A stretch of 64,000 nucleotides of DNA from an uncultured Ginsengibacter sp. (GTDB lineage Bacteria > Bacteroidota > Bacteroidia > Chitinophagales > Chitinophagaceae). A program made the translations under genes and the position numbers. Each line of letters starts with the position of its first letter. Position 1 is the first letter of the stretch. Shown here piece after piece: positions 10,639 to 20,557 of this stretch. The notes beneath the pieces were generated by a model that worked only from the letters and a program-made list of their open reading frames with translations, did not search any database and was not told the origin of the DNA. Where the stretch lies: NCBI GenBank assembly GCA_964627765.1, contig CAZVKO010000067.1:21649-85648 (forward strand), read 5' to 3'.

Positions 10639-13600
10639 ATTTTAAAATAAACCCGATACCGCCCCCTGCACGAAAAGAAAAAACTACTCTCAGGCTGATG
10701 ATACTTATAGGTGTGCTGTCTATGGCGTTTTTCCTGTATAACCTTTTTCAGAAGAATGTCATAAGCTCCTATCCTCTGTATGTATTGCTGATGATAACCA
10801 TGATCTACTATTGTTTGAAATACCTGCACGAATGGTATCATTATTTTTCAATATCAGTAGATCTTCCTCCGCCGCCGGGAATGAGCTATACGGTAGACGT
10901 ACTAACTACCTACTGCGCAGGCGAACCATTTGACATGCTGGAGCAGACGCTGATTGCAATACAAAATATCAGCTATCCCCATACCGCCTGGTGCTGCGAT
11001 GAGGCTGATGATCCCAATGTTAAAAAGTTATGCGATCGCCTGGGCGTTAAGCACATCACCAGAACCGATAAGAAAGACGCCAAGGCAGGAAATATCAACA
11101 ATGCGCTTCGTTTTGCTACGGGCGATCTTTGTATAATACTGGACCCGGATCATGTACCGGCGCCTGAGTTTATAGATGTGCTGGTTAGTTGTTTTGATGA
11201 TCCGTCAGTCGGGTTTGTACAAATTGTGCAGGCGTATTACAATCAAACAGAATCATTGGTGGCAAAAGGCGCTGCGCAGCAAACTTACCAGTTTTATGGT
11301 CCCATGATGATGAGCATGAATTCATACGGAACCGTACAGGCTATCGGTGCCAATTGTACATTCAGAAGAGCGGCACTGGACTCAATTGGAGGACATGCCA
11401 GCGGTCTTGCTGAAGACATGCACACTGCAATGAAGCTTCATGCAAAAGGGTGGCGTTCCCTGTACATACCTGTTGTTTTAACACGTGGATTGGTACCGGC
11501 CACCATGTCATCTTATTATAAGCAGCAATTAAAATGGAGCAGGGGTACCTGGGAGCTGCTCCTGATTACTTATCCAAAACTATTCACCAAATTTACCTGG
11601 AGACAAAAGCTGCATTACTTCATTTTGCCATTTCATTACTTATGCGGCCTGATTTTTTTTATTAACTTCCTGATACCCGTCATTTGTTTGTTTACCGGCG
11701 CCATCCCTTTGCAAATGGACATTTTTGACTTTATCCTGGCAACCTTTCCCTTATTTGTGATGATGACGCTCATCAGGCATTACGCACAAAAATGGGTGGC
11801 AGAAGAAAACGAGCGGGGATTTCACGTAGTCGGTGGTATTCTGCAAATTGGCGCATGGTGGGTACATACCGTAGGTTTTGTTTATACTATTTTCAGAAAA
11901 AAGGTTCCTTATATCCCCACGCCCAAAAACGATGAGGACTCATTGCCGTTCTTACTAAGCCTGCCGAATATTCTTGTGGCGGTAATCTCATTAACAGCTA
12001 TTATATACGGACTGCTGAACGACTTTAGCCCCTATACCGTATTTATGATTGCATTGGCGGGCATGCAAATACTTTTCATGGCTTTTAATTTATCAATTTC
12101 CGGTTACACGAGACGGATGCGAAGGTTAAAGACTATTGCCAGGAAAGTAAGAAACCGAAGCTGGATCGTTATAAAAGTTCACGGCTTCCTGAGAAGCTAT
12201 TCATTGGCGCTTTCAACACTACTCATAATTTCTTTTTCCTTTGCCTTTTGGAAAAAACAGCAATTATCAGAATTTCTTCCCGGGCCTTTAGCCGGATTAA
12301 AAATTTTCTACAAAGGAATAAATACCGGTTATAATGCGACCGATAAAAATACCGCTGATTCTTTTTTTTCAAATGAAGTCAACAAAAATAAAATTGCCAT
12401 TATTTCATCACAGGTTCCGTGGGGCCCCGGCCAAAGCAATAATATAAATACAGCTTATTTAACCGGTATTTATAAGCAGCACGCCATCCCGCTGCTCATC
12501 TGGACACCGTACCGGGAAGATCCTGCGGGCAATTCCAAAGCGGATTCATCGGTGATTCAAAGTATTTTATCCGGTAAATACAATGCATCTTTTCTTTCTT
12601 TTGCAAAACAAATTGCTGCATTAGGCAAGCCCGTATTTCTGACTTTGGGAACAGGACAAGGAAAGAACCGGCAAGTCTTATTTAATTATGCCAGCTACAA
12701 CCCGCCAGATTTTATAGCTGCCTGGCGCTATGTGCATACACTATTAGACAGTGCAGGTGTAGAAAACGCTATCTGGGTTTGGAATACGCCGGACGCATCC
12801 TCTGTTACAGATTATTTTCCGGGTGAGAATTACGTCGATTGGCTCGGAGTAAATATATCGGATACAGGCAAAGTGCCGGAAACAAATTTGTTCAGTTTTG
12901 ATACACTTTACAGGCCCTACCATACCCTGCATCTTTTTAAATCAGGAATGCCCGTAATGTTAATGAAAATCGACGGCCTGCAGGCAAAAAACCAGGAATG
13001 GTGGAACAATGCCTGGCAAAGTATAGATACCGCATTCACAGAAATAAAGGCTGCGTTAGTTGAATATAACGCTGTAAAAGATCAACCCGTTGCTTCCAAT
13101 GCCCGGCTCAATATAAAGACTGTTTTTGCACATGCACCGGATGCGTCATTGCCTGTTGATGTGAATACCATAAACTGGTTGAAAAAAAGTAATGCAGTGG
13201 TCTCCCGCCGTTTTCCGTTCCCGATTAAAGGTGTAATATATGATAAAGGGATCCCCTGGTTCAGGAACAGGTATACCCTGGAGCTAAGTACTATTGAGGC
13301 TGATTTAAAAGATATGGAAAGCATTGGCATCAACACAATTGAAAGAACAATGCCGGGAGTATATGACCGTGGCATCGGCAAAGTGTTGATGTCAGACAAT
13401 ATGCATTTAATTCCGCGGTTTTGGTTCCCGGCAGCCCCGCAGGCAGTAGCTGACGACAATAAGATGAAGGAGCAGGAAGAAAAGATACTTCGGGTAATCA
13501 GGGAAAATGTTCACAAAAATTATGTTACTGCATGGGATCTGGGCGATGATATATTGTACCATCTTTCATTGGAAACATACAAGCCTGATTATTTTTTTTA

Positions 13601-14327
13601 CGAACAAAAATATATTGCGTGGCTGTCTAACCTGTGTCGTGCAATACGGAAAATAGATAATACGAGGCCCATATTGATGGATTTACATTGGGATGCTAAA
13701 GGCCGAAGCCGGTTCTCATACTATAAAGCTCATGTACCGGAAATAGATATCTACATGCTCGTGGCAGATAAGAAATACAGGAAGGGTCTTAATGAACCCC
13801 TTGAGAAAGATATGGCATGGGGGCAGGTGCCGGTAGCGCTTTGGTCAAGCCTGCCTTCAATTGCACAATCGGGAATAGTACCCGCCTGGCAGGACAATGA
13901 AACCACAAATTATGTGAAGCTCAATGGAATTATTGACCTGGATGGCAGAAAGAAAGACCTGTTTCATGTGGTTTCAGCAACATGGGGACATGCCACGCAT
14001 GATTCAACCGAAATGCCCCGGGTTAAAATTCTGAGATCTGCTGAGATTGCCATTCCCGGTGAAAAGATTATTTATCACCTGATGCACCATGAAGCCGATT
14101 CGGCGTGGCATATTTATACAGGTGATGAAAAAAATACCCGCTTTGAATGGTATCTCGTAAAACTGGATCAATATGGCAATACCATGTTTATCAAGCGGGC
14201 TGGCAATCAACCCTACATTGAACTGACTATCCCGGATAAACCGCTGTATTATGAATTGTATGTGGAAGTTATTTCCGGAAAGTATGTAACCACATCACAT
14301 TCCACTTTAAACACCCCGCTCGAGTAA
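10635..14327 (+). CDS. GT2 processive beta-glycan synthase (BcsA/NodC-like) fused to a ~680-aa extracytoplasmic GH26-like + GH-A-like + beta-sandwich region
   Basis: GT2 motifs: CDEADD, KAGNINNAL, LDPDH, GLAEDMH and QQLKWSRG (a QxxRW variant). Multiple TM helices lie before and after the catalytic domain. The tail carries the GH26-type signature AIWVWNTPD...YFPGENYVDWLGVNISD, followed by a second TIM-like region. The start is set at M14 (10635), which overlaps the upstream stop. Confidence 0.85.
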   Translation: MNFKINPIPPPARKEKTTLRLMILIGVLSMAFFLYNLFQKNVISSYPLYVLLMITMIYYCLKYLHEWYHYFSISVDLPPPPGMSYTVDVLTTYCAGEPFDMLEQTLIAIQNISYPHTAWCCDEADDPNVKKLCDRLGVKHITRTDKKDAKAGNINNALRFATGDLCIILDPDHVPAPEFIDVLVSCFDDPSVGFVQIVQAYYNQTESLVAKGAAQQTYQFYGPMMMSMNSYGTVQAIGANCTFRRAALDSIGGHASGLAEDMHTAMKLHAKGWRSLYIPVVLTRGLVPATMSSYYKQQLKWSRGTWELLLITYPKLFTKFTWRQKLHYFILPFHYLCGLIFFINFLIPVICLFTGAIPLQMDIFDFILATFPLFVMMTLIRHYAQKWVAEENERGFHVVGGILQIGAWWVHTVGFVYTIFRKKVPYIPTPKNDEDSLPFLLSLPNILVAVISLTAIIYGLLNDFSPYTVFMIALAGMQILFMAFNLSISGYTRRMRRLKTIARKVRNRSWIVIKVHGFLRSYSLALSTLLIISFSFAFWKKQQLSEFLPGPLAGLKIFYKGINTGYNATDKNTADSFFSNEVNKNKIAIISSQVPWGPGQSNNINTAYLTGIYKQHAIPLLIWTPYREDPAGNSKADSSVIQSILSGKYNASFLSFAKQIAALGKPVFLTLGTGQGKNRQVLFNYASYNPPDFIAAWRYVHTLLDSAGVENAIWVWNTPDASSVTDYFPGENYVDWLGVNISDTGKVPETNLFSFDTLYRPYHTLHLFKSGMPVMLMKIDGLQAKNQEWWNNAWQSIDTAFTEIKAALVEYNAVKDQPVASNARLNIKTVFAHAPDASLPVDVNTINWLKKSNAVVSRRFPFPIKGVIYDKGIPWFRNRYTLELSTIEADLKDMESIGINTIERTMPGVYDRGIGKVLMSDNMHLIPRFWFPAAPQAVADDNKMKEQEEKILRVIRENVHKNYVTAWDLGDDILYHLSLETYKPDYFFYEQKYIAWLSNLCRAIRKIDNTRPILMDLHWDAKGRSRFSYYKAHVPEIDIYMLVADKKYRKGLNEPLEKDMAWGQVPVALWSSLPSIAQSGIVPAWQDNETTNYVKLNGIIDLDGRKKDLFHVVSATWGHATHDSTEMPRVKILRSAEIAIPGEKIIYHLMHHEADSAWHIYTGDEKNTRFEWYLVKLDQYGNTMFIKRAGNQPYIELTIPDKPLYYELYVEVISGKYVTTSHSTLNTPLE

Positions 14328-14611
14328 CCTGCAAGTATTATTGCTTATTTAATTATTTCAAAGAAGGCAAATTCAAAAAAGATCCAATAGCGCAGATGAG
14401 CTTTTATATAATGTATTTAAAAAATGCTTTTCCCGGGATCATCCTATTTGCAATGATCGTTCAAAAGATATTTTGAAAGCAAACAGAATGCACGTACGAT
14501 TTTCTGCAATACATTTTCGGGGATTCATCAGGCAGCCACAGGCAATTACTATTTAAAATATTCATCCCGGCAATACGTTAGCTACTGAGCACATCAAATG
14601 TAACCGACCCG

Positions 14612-15463
14612 ATGAAGAAAATATTTACTGTCTTTTTTCTACTCCCGCTTTTCGCCATGTCACAAAATTTTCATTTTGCAGGCCGCCTCGGCCTTGCGGG
14701 CTACCAGGGCGACCTGAAAGCAAAAGGGATTACTCTTTCGCAAACGAAATTGATGGGTTCGCTGGGTGCGGAATATGACCTGTCTGAACACGTGGTCGCA
14801 AGAAGCTTTATCAGCCTTGCCACACTGCATGCAGATGATAAAAAAGGTACTCCTGTCATGCAGCAACGAAACCTCAACTTTACTTCCGGCATTATCGACT
14901 GGGAACTCTCCGCGCAATATAGCCTGTTTAGCCTTAATGAACACTGGTGGACGCCCTATGCATTTGCAGGGGTTGGCATTTATCATTTTAACCCCTATAC
15001 AAAAGACAGCGCCGGAAAAAAGACTTACTTACCGCCATTGAGCACCGAAGGGGAAGGTTTTATACCCGGCGTAAAGAATTACCATCTTACACAATTCAGC
15101 ATTCCCTTTGGAATAGGTGCTGATTATGCGCTCAACGAAGATATGCGGCTGGGGTTAGAGTTTGGCTATCGCAAATTATTTACAGATTATGTGGATGACG
15201 TAAGCAAAAACTATGTAGATAAAACAGCCTTATTAAACGCGCGCGGTACTGAGGCAGCGGCACTTGCCTATCGTGGCACCGGCACTTACCCGGCTGCAGG
15301 CGTAATGCGGGGCAATAACCACAAACAAGACGGTTATTATTTTTTCGCACTAACTTTCACTGTCCGCTATTTCTTCGATAAGTATAAACAAATAGCTGGT
15401 CTTTATCAGTCTAAAAAAGATAAGCGTGTAGGATGCCCTGCCACAAGACATGTGCTGCAATAG
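14612..15463 (+). CDS. DUF6089-type outer-membrane beta-barrel protein
   Basis: Signal peptide followed by GRLGLAGYQGDL, the family's characteristic N-terminal strand, and a beta-barrel periodicity. Confidence 0.7.
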   Translation: MKKIFTVFFLLPLFAMSQNFHFAGRLGLAGYQGDLKAKGITLSQTKLMGSLGAEYDLSEHVVARSFISLATLHADDKKGTPVMQQRNLNFTSGIIDWELSAQYSLFSLNEHWWTPYAFAGVGIYHFNPYTKDSAGKKTYLPPLSTEGEGFIPGVKNYHLTQFSIPFGIGADYALNEDMRLGLEFGYRKLFTDYVDDVSKNYVDKTALLNARGTEAAALAYRGTGTYPAAGVMRGNNHKQDGYYFFALTFTVRYFFDKYKQIAGLYQSKKDKRVGCPATRHVLQ

Positions 15464-15635
15464 CAGCGAATCAAAAGTTTCCTGCTTGCCTGCAGAAAGG
15501 TCAGGGTCAGCATAACCGCCGGAGGTCTGCAACTTTCATAATAAACGGCGCATTTATGTAAAAAACCGTCCGCCTGTATATTATATGGTTTGTAAATACA
15601 CAGGATTTTTCTAACTTACTAATAAATTTACCGAT

Positions 15636-15932
15636 ATGGACTTCCAACTTGTTAACGGCGGGCCAGATACGGCCAACCATCTGGTTTTTACAACCACTTT
15701 TACTCACAATAACACTTTTTATAAAGCAGCGCTTGCCGAAACCATTTCATGGGAGGGACGGCTCACCGGAACTTATGATGTGCTTCTTCAATCAGGCAAA
15801 GGCACCCAACGGTGCACCCTGATAAAGGAAGGTGCCCACTGGAGAGCAGGAGATGAAATTGAACAGATTGGAGTTATACAGCAGGATGTGGTGGATGTGC
15901 TGGGCACAGTAATCAGCAATGTTCGTAAGTAA
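15636..15932 (+). CDS. hypothetical protein (98 aa)
   Basis: It is the only sizeable ORF in this gap. I recognise no motif. Confidence 0.35.
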   Translation: MDFQLVNGGPDTANHLVFTTTFTHNNTFYKAALAETISWEGRLTGTYDVLLQSGKGTQRCTLIKEGAHWRAGDEIEQIGVIQQDVVDVLGTVISNVRK

Positions 15933-16084
15933 ATAATTTTGACAGAGTAACCCCTCTCCTTCCCGGTTGTAACCGGTAACGGAGCTTTTGTCCTGTAATA
16001 AAAAAAGAGAGAAACGCGATTGCTGCAAAAGCCTTCTTATCAAAGCTTCAATAAACTAACGGTGATGTATATACGATATGTATG

Positions 16085-16114
16085 CAAAAAACTACCCTTG
16101 CAATGCAAGGGTAG
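16085..16114 (-). terminator. rho-independent terminator downstream of the lipoprotein gene
   Basis: Stem CTACCCTTG / CAAGGGTAG (9 bp) with a 5-nt loop at 16092-16114. On the minus strand it is followed by a T-run, seen as the plus-strand A-run at 16085-16091. Confidence 0.6.
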
Positions 16115-16155
16115 TGATAGGATGACAAAAATTTAATAAAAAAGGAACAGCACGT

Positions 16156-17037
16156 TTACCTGATGGTAATGATTTTTGTAAAGGAGCCTATGGTCACAAT
16201 AGCTGAATCATCGCAGGTCCCGTCGCCGAAATCCAATGTGCCACTCACGCTGCTGCTGCCTTTCGTATAGGTAAAGGAAACAACCCCCTGGTCTATATAA
16301 CGGCAGGTTATTTTTCTTTCGAGCGGTGTGGTAATGGAAGCAGTCAGCGAATCTCCGTAGGAACTGCTGATTTTATAACCGCCGGTAACGCTAAACACAA
16401 GAGAAGATACATCGCCAACGCTTCCCGCTGATACAGCAATGGTTTTCGTTCCTGAAAAAGAATATGAGGTATCGGTGGGGAACTGGATATTGCCGTTGGT
16501 AACCGTAGTAGTCAATTGCGGCGCATCAATATTGGTAGTAGTGTTGGCAATGGTATAAGTACCGTTCAGCGTATATCCATTAACCGTATAATTGTTGAAA
16601 GTAGCCGTAATTGTTGTTCCCGGTGTACTCAGGTGGCCGGAGAATACATAGGTAATAGAGCCGGAACGTTCAATGCTGTCAGCACTTTTGCAGCCGCTGC
16701 CAAAGTCTACGGTCAGCGTTATCGGGAATGTGCTTCCCGATACGGTTATATTAGCGCAGTAGTAAGCGCCCTGGATGTTTTGGGCTACCTCTCCTGCGCC
16801 GCCCGGTTTCTTTGTCAGCAAATCAAGATTCTGATCACTGCCTGCCTGCAGAGCCACTCCGAAAGCATCGTCGTAAGCATTATCGGCCGAAGCGCCGTTA
16901 GAAGACATATTGGCTGCCGCATCATTGTTGGCGGATGTGTTGGAAGTTGAATTATTGTCCTTTTTACAGGATGCTATCAATGTAATGGTAGCTGCCAGCA
17001 GGATCCCTGCCGAAAAAATTCCGAGATTAGTTTTCAT
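16156..17037 (-). CDS. hypothetical lipoprotein
   Basis: Signal peptide with a lipobox-like ...LIASC followed by KKDNN. The mature part is Ser/Thr/Gly/Asn-rich and beta-type. Confidence 0.65.
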   Translation of the reverse strand: MKTNLGIFSAGILLAATITLIASCKKDNNSTSNTSANNDAAANMSSNGASADNAYDDAFGVALQAGSDQNLDLLTKKPGGAGEVAQNIQGAYYCANITVSGSTFPITLTVDFGSGCKSADSIERSGSITYVFSGHLSTPGTTITATFNNYTVNGYTLNGTYTIANTTTNIDAPQLTTTVTNGNIQFPTDTSYSFSGTKTIAVSAGSVGDVSSLVFSVTGGYKISSSYGDSLTASITTPLERKITCRYIDQGVVSFTYTKGSSSVSGTLDFGDGTCDDSAIVTIGSFTKIITIR

Positions 17038-17213
17038 GGTATAAAATTATTTTAGAGATAATGTGATCTCTGACTCCACAATAACGCTAAAGTTTAAAAA
17101 ATATTGAAAACTTCTCCCGGAAAACCTCCGGGGCTTGGAAAAAATAAATAATTCCGCGATTGTTGGCCCTCAAAAAAGCCGGAATTCAACTGGCATACCG
17201 GGGAAAATCCCTG

Positions 17214-17777
17214 CTATAGCTCCCCGGAAGATGGACCCGGCGGAGTTGCTTCATCCGGCTCCCCGTCACGCATGCTCCTTCTTTCTGCCAATGCTATGAT
17301 GCGTTTCCGTTCGCCTATTATTAATAATGCAATTACAATTTTTACTGAAGGTATTATCAGGCCCGACAGAGAAGGACTTGTTGTCCTGAATCGTTCGTGC
17401 GACTCCTGGAAATAGTTATAGAGCATATTGCAAAAAACAGGAACGGTATCTGTTAATACATAACCGGCGAGTATAATCAATGCAATATTCAAAACATTTG
17501 ACGATGAAATATCGAACGAAAGATATTCATCGCTCAACTGGGGCTCCAGCTTCAGCAGCTTTATGATAGACGCCGTCTTAAAAATAAGCGCATACGCTAT
17601 AGCTATATACAACGCCATTATCAATAGCACCACGATTAATGAATCTGTATCAATTTTACCAAAACCGGCTCCCGCAGATAGAATAGGAATCAGATAAGGC
17701 AGCTGGAACAGTATATCCTTAACAATAAATAATCCAAATACTTTTATGATGATATCAAAAAGATCATGAAGCTTCAT
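17214..17777 (-). CDS. hypothetical polytopic membrane protein
   Basis: 187 aa with about 4 hydrophobic segments. No recognisable motif. Confidence 0.5.
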   Translation of the reverse strand: MKLHDLFDIIIKVFGLFIVKDILFQLPYLIPILSAGAGFGKIDTDSLIVVLLIMALYIAIAYALIFKTASIIKLLKLEPQLSDEYLSFDISSSNVLNIALIILAGYVLTDTVPVFCNMLYNYFQESHERFRTTSPSLSGLIIPSVKIVIALLIIGERKRIIALAERRSMRDGEPDEATPPGPSSGEL

Positions 17778-17894
17778 GGTGAGTTTTTAGAATGAAATAT
17801 TTTACATGCGATGATGCAGCTATGGTTAACAATATTATTAAAAATTAGCCACTCGCCATGATGTTTGGCAAGTCAATCGTTTTGTGGAATAAAA

Positions 17895-18371
17895 TTATTT
17901 CCTCCTCTCCAGCAATGGCAGCCCCAAAGCCCCGGCCAGGGCCTTTGCGGCAGCATCTCCTTCCCTGCTAAACGGCCATACAAACAAACAGGCTATCGGG
18001 TGTTGGGCGCGTATTTGCCGAATCGCATCCAGTGTGGCTTGCCGCGCTATTCCTTTGCGCCGGTACTCCTCCAGCACCATGGCAGAGCACAGATAAATAC
18101 AATCATATTGTGCACCCACAGGAGTTTTATTATACAATTCCTTCTCTGATATTTTTCCGCTGATAAAGTCATTCATTAAATCACGGGTGGTGGGTATCAA
18201 TAATATCCAGCAGTACGGACCATTATTGTCGGACCTCTCCGATACTGATGCAGGGTGTAATTGTCGTAATTTTTTCAAAACAGTTTCGTCCACATCTAAT
18301 TGCTCAGGATCCTGTTTTACAGCAAACACTTCATCTGCCAGTTGCAGCATTCTTTTAAAATTGTCGGCCAT
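17895..18371 (-). CDS. GNAT-like acetyltransferase (tentative)
   Basis: The core ...VLEEYRRKGIARQ... resembles the acetyl-CoA binding Q/R-x-x-G-x-G/A segment of GNAT proteins. Confidence 0.5.
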   Translation of the reverse strand: MADNFKRMLQLADEVFAVKQDPEQLDVDETVLKKLRQLHPASVSERSDNNGPYCWILLIPTTRDLMNDFISGKISEKELYNKTPVGAQYDCIYLCSAMVLEEYRRKGIARQATLDAIRQIRAQHPIACLFVWPFSREGDAAAKALAGALGLPLLERRK

Positions 18372-18522
18372 AACCCAAAATTAGGTTGAAACATCCTGTA
18401 GCCGGTAATTATATTTAGTACCCGGTTGCAGTACCCGATATATAAGTTTCCGGTGTAGTCATCCGGATATCGGATTGAATAATCTTGGTCATCTTGCGTA
18501 GTTTTGGAAAAATTACCCCAAT

Positions 18523-20331
18523 ATGCCGCAAACCCGCCAGTTGGCCGTGATTATGTTTACCGATATAGTTGGATATACTTCATTGATGGGAGATGACGAG
18601 CAGCAGGCGCTGGAAATATTAAACAGGAACAGGTATATTCAAAATCCGGTTATAGAAAAATACCATGGCAAGCTGATAAAGGAACTGGGAGATGGTATTT
18701 TGGCAAGCTTCCATTCGGCCACCGAAGCGGTAAATGCCGCCAAAGAAATAATTGAAAGATGCGGCATTGAAAACAATTTTCAGCTTCGCATAGGACTGCA
18801 TTTAGGTGAAGTGGTGCTCGATAATGATGATGTTTTTGGTGATGGCGTAAATGTGGCTTCCCGTATACAGTCTGTTGCAAAACCCGGGGCCATCTATATC
18901 TCTGAAACCGTATACCACAATATTGCAAATAAAAAGGATATAAAAACGCGGTTCGTTAAAGAAGAGCTGCTCAAAAACGTAAAGGCGCCCGTTAAAGTAT
19001 ATGAAGTGATTACATCGTCAAATGAAAATGTCCGGGATAATAATGATGAAAATATTTCCACCCTGCAAATGAAGAGTATAGCTGTAATGCCGTTTACCAA
19101 CATGAGCAATGACGTTGAGCAGAATTATTTTTGCGATGGCATTTCTGAAGAGATCCTTAATACCCTTACCCATCTCGACCGTCTTCGCGTCATTTCACGA
19201 ACTTCTTCTTTTGCGCTTAAAAATAAAAATATTGATGCACGCGAAATTGGCAGGCTGCTGGATGTGCAATCACTCCTGGAAGGCAGTGTACGAAAAGCGG
19301 GAAACCGCCTGAGGATCACTACCAATCTCGTGAATACCAGCGATGGTTCTCATTTATGGTCTGACCGGTACGACCGCGAACTGGAAGATATTTTTTCAAT
19401 CCAGGAAGACATTGCAGCCAATGTAGCTACTGCTTTAAAAGGGTTCTTGACCAGCAAAGAGAAGCAGGATATCCGCCGCCCTGAGATCAATGTTGAGGCT
19501 TATGAATATTTCCTGAAAGGCCGCGAATTTTTTCACCGGCTTGATCATACTCATGCAATCAGGTGCTTCAGGGATGCCATCGCACTGGATGCTAACTATG
19601 CGCTGGCATATGCGGGTCTTGCAGATGTGTATGCATGGCGGTACGAGTGGGAAGGCTCAAAAAGTGAGGATTTGGAAGAAGCGAAAAAAAACAGCCTCAA
19701 AGCGCTCTTTATTGCTCCCGATCTTCCCGAAAGTCATATTTCACGCGGGTTTGTTTTGTCGCAGAGCAAGAATTATGCAGAGGCAGAAAGAGAATTTAAC
19801 CAGGCCCTGCTACTCAACCCCCATTCTTACGATGGCCATTATTTATATGGAAGAGTATTGTTTGCCAAAGGAGATATTGAAAAGTCAGCAGAAATGTTCG
19901 GTAAGGCGGCAGCCATAAGACTGGAAGACTATCAAAGTGTAGTAATGCAGGCGCAGGCATTAAAAGTGCTCGGGCGGAATACCATTCCCCTTACTGTAGA
20001 AGGGATAGCAAGGGCGCGGAAACAACTGCTGCTGAAACCTGACGATGCAAGAATTCTTTCTTTGGTTTCATGCAACCTGTATGAAATCGGGGAAAAGGAA
20101 GAAGCTTTTGACTGGATAGAAAAGGCGCTGACCCTTTACCCGGAAGATACAGGCGTTCTGCTCAATGCAATATGTCTTTTTGCAAAAGCCGGCGAAAAAG
20201 ATAAAGCACTCGATATTCTGGAAATAGCTGTAAATAAAGGCTATGGGAAAAAGGACTGGATTGAACATGATCCGGATTACGATAATCTCAGAAATGAGCC
20301 AAGGTTCAAAGCCCTGCTCGCCAGGTTATGA
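18523..20331 (+). CDS. class III adenylate/guanylate cyclase domain protein with TolB-N-like and TPR regions
   Basis: N-terminal FTDIVGYTSLMG...ELGDGILASF...GDGVNVASRIQS (cyclase homology domain). The middle segment is IAVMPFTNMSNDVEQNYFCDGISEEI. The C-terminal half is TPR-like. Confidence 0.85.
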   Translation: MPQTRQLAVIMFTDIVGYTSLMGDDEQQALEILNRNRYIQNPVIEKYHGKLIKELGDGILASFHSATEAVNAAKEIIERCGIENNFQLRIGLHLGEVVLDNDDVFGDGVNVASRIQSVAKPGAIYISETVYHNIANKKDIKTRFVKEELLKNVKAPVKVYEVITSSNENVRDNNDENISTLQMKSIAVMPFTNMSNDVEQNYFCDGISEEILNTLTHLDRLRVISRTSSFALKNKNIDAREIGRLLDVQSLLEGSVRKAGNRLRITTNLVNTSDGSHLWSDRYDRELEDIFSIQEDIAANVATALKGFLTSKEKQDIRRPEINVEAYEYFLKGREFFHRLDHTHAIRCFRDAIALDANYALAYAGLADVYAWRYEWEGSKSEDLEEAKKNSLKALFIAPDLPESHISRGFVLSQSKNYAEAEREFNQALLLNPHSYDGHYLYGRVLFAKGDIEKSAEMFGKAAAIRLEDYQSVVMQAQALKVLGRNTIPLTVEGIARARKQLLLKPDDARILSLVSCNLYEIGEKEEAFDWIEKALTLYPEDTGVLLNAICLFAKAGEKDKALDILEIAVNKGYGKKDWIEHDPDYDNLRNEPRFKALLARL

Positions 20332-20557
20332 CGCAACCGGCAAAACTAAATAAGGCGAGTCTACCAAAATCAGAAGCAGCCACTGTTTCCGCGATATCAA
20401 GCCGCTCCCGCCCTTCTTGTATGTTTGTTAATTATCACCCTGCTTTTATTATAAGCAATTTAGCCCTGCATATTTTTCCCGGTCCTGCAACCTGCATCGT
20501 GGAAAGATTTTGTAACTTAATGGATAAATAAAAATAGCTTCTGGAAACTTCTGTAAC

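Noticed and set aside
18523-20331. Cyclase as part of a CBASS/Pycsar-type anti-phage signalling system
   Set aside because: It is a class III cyclase fused to TolB-N-like and TPR modules, not a CD-NTase or a minimal Pycsar cyclase. No effector gene (TIR, patatin, TM or nuclease) is adjacent.
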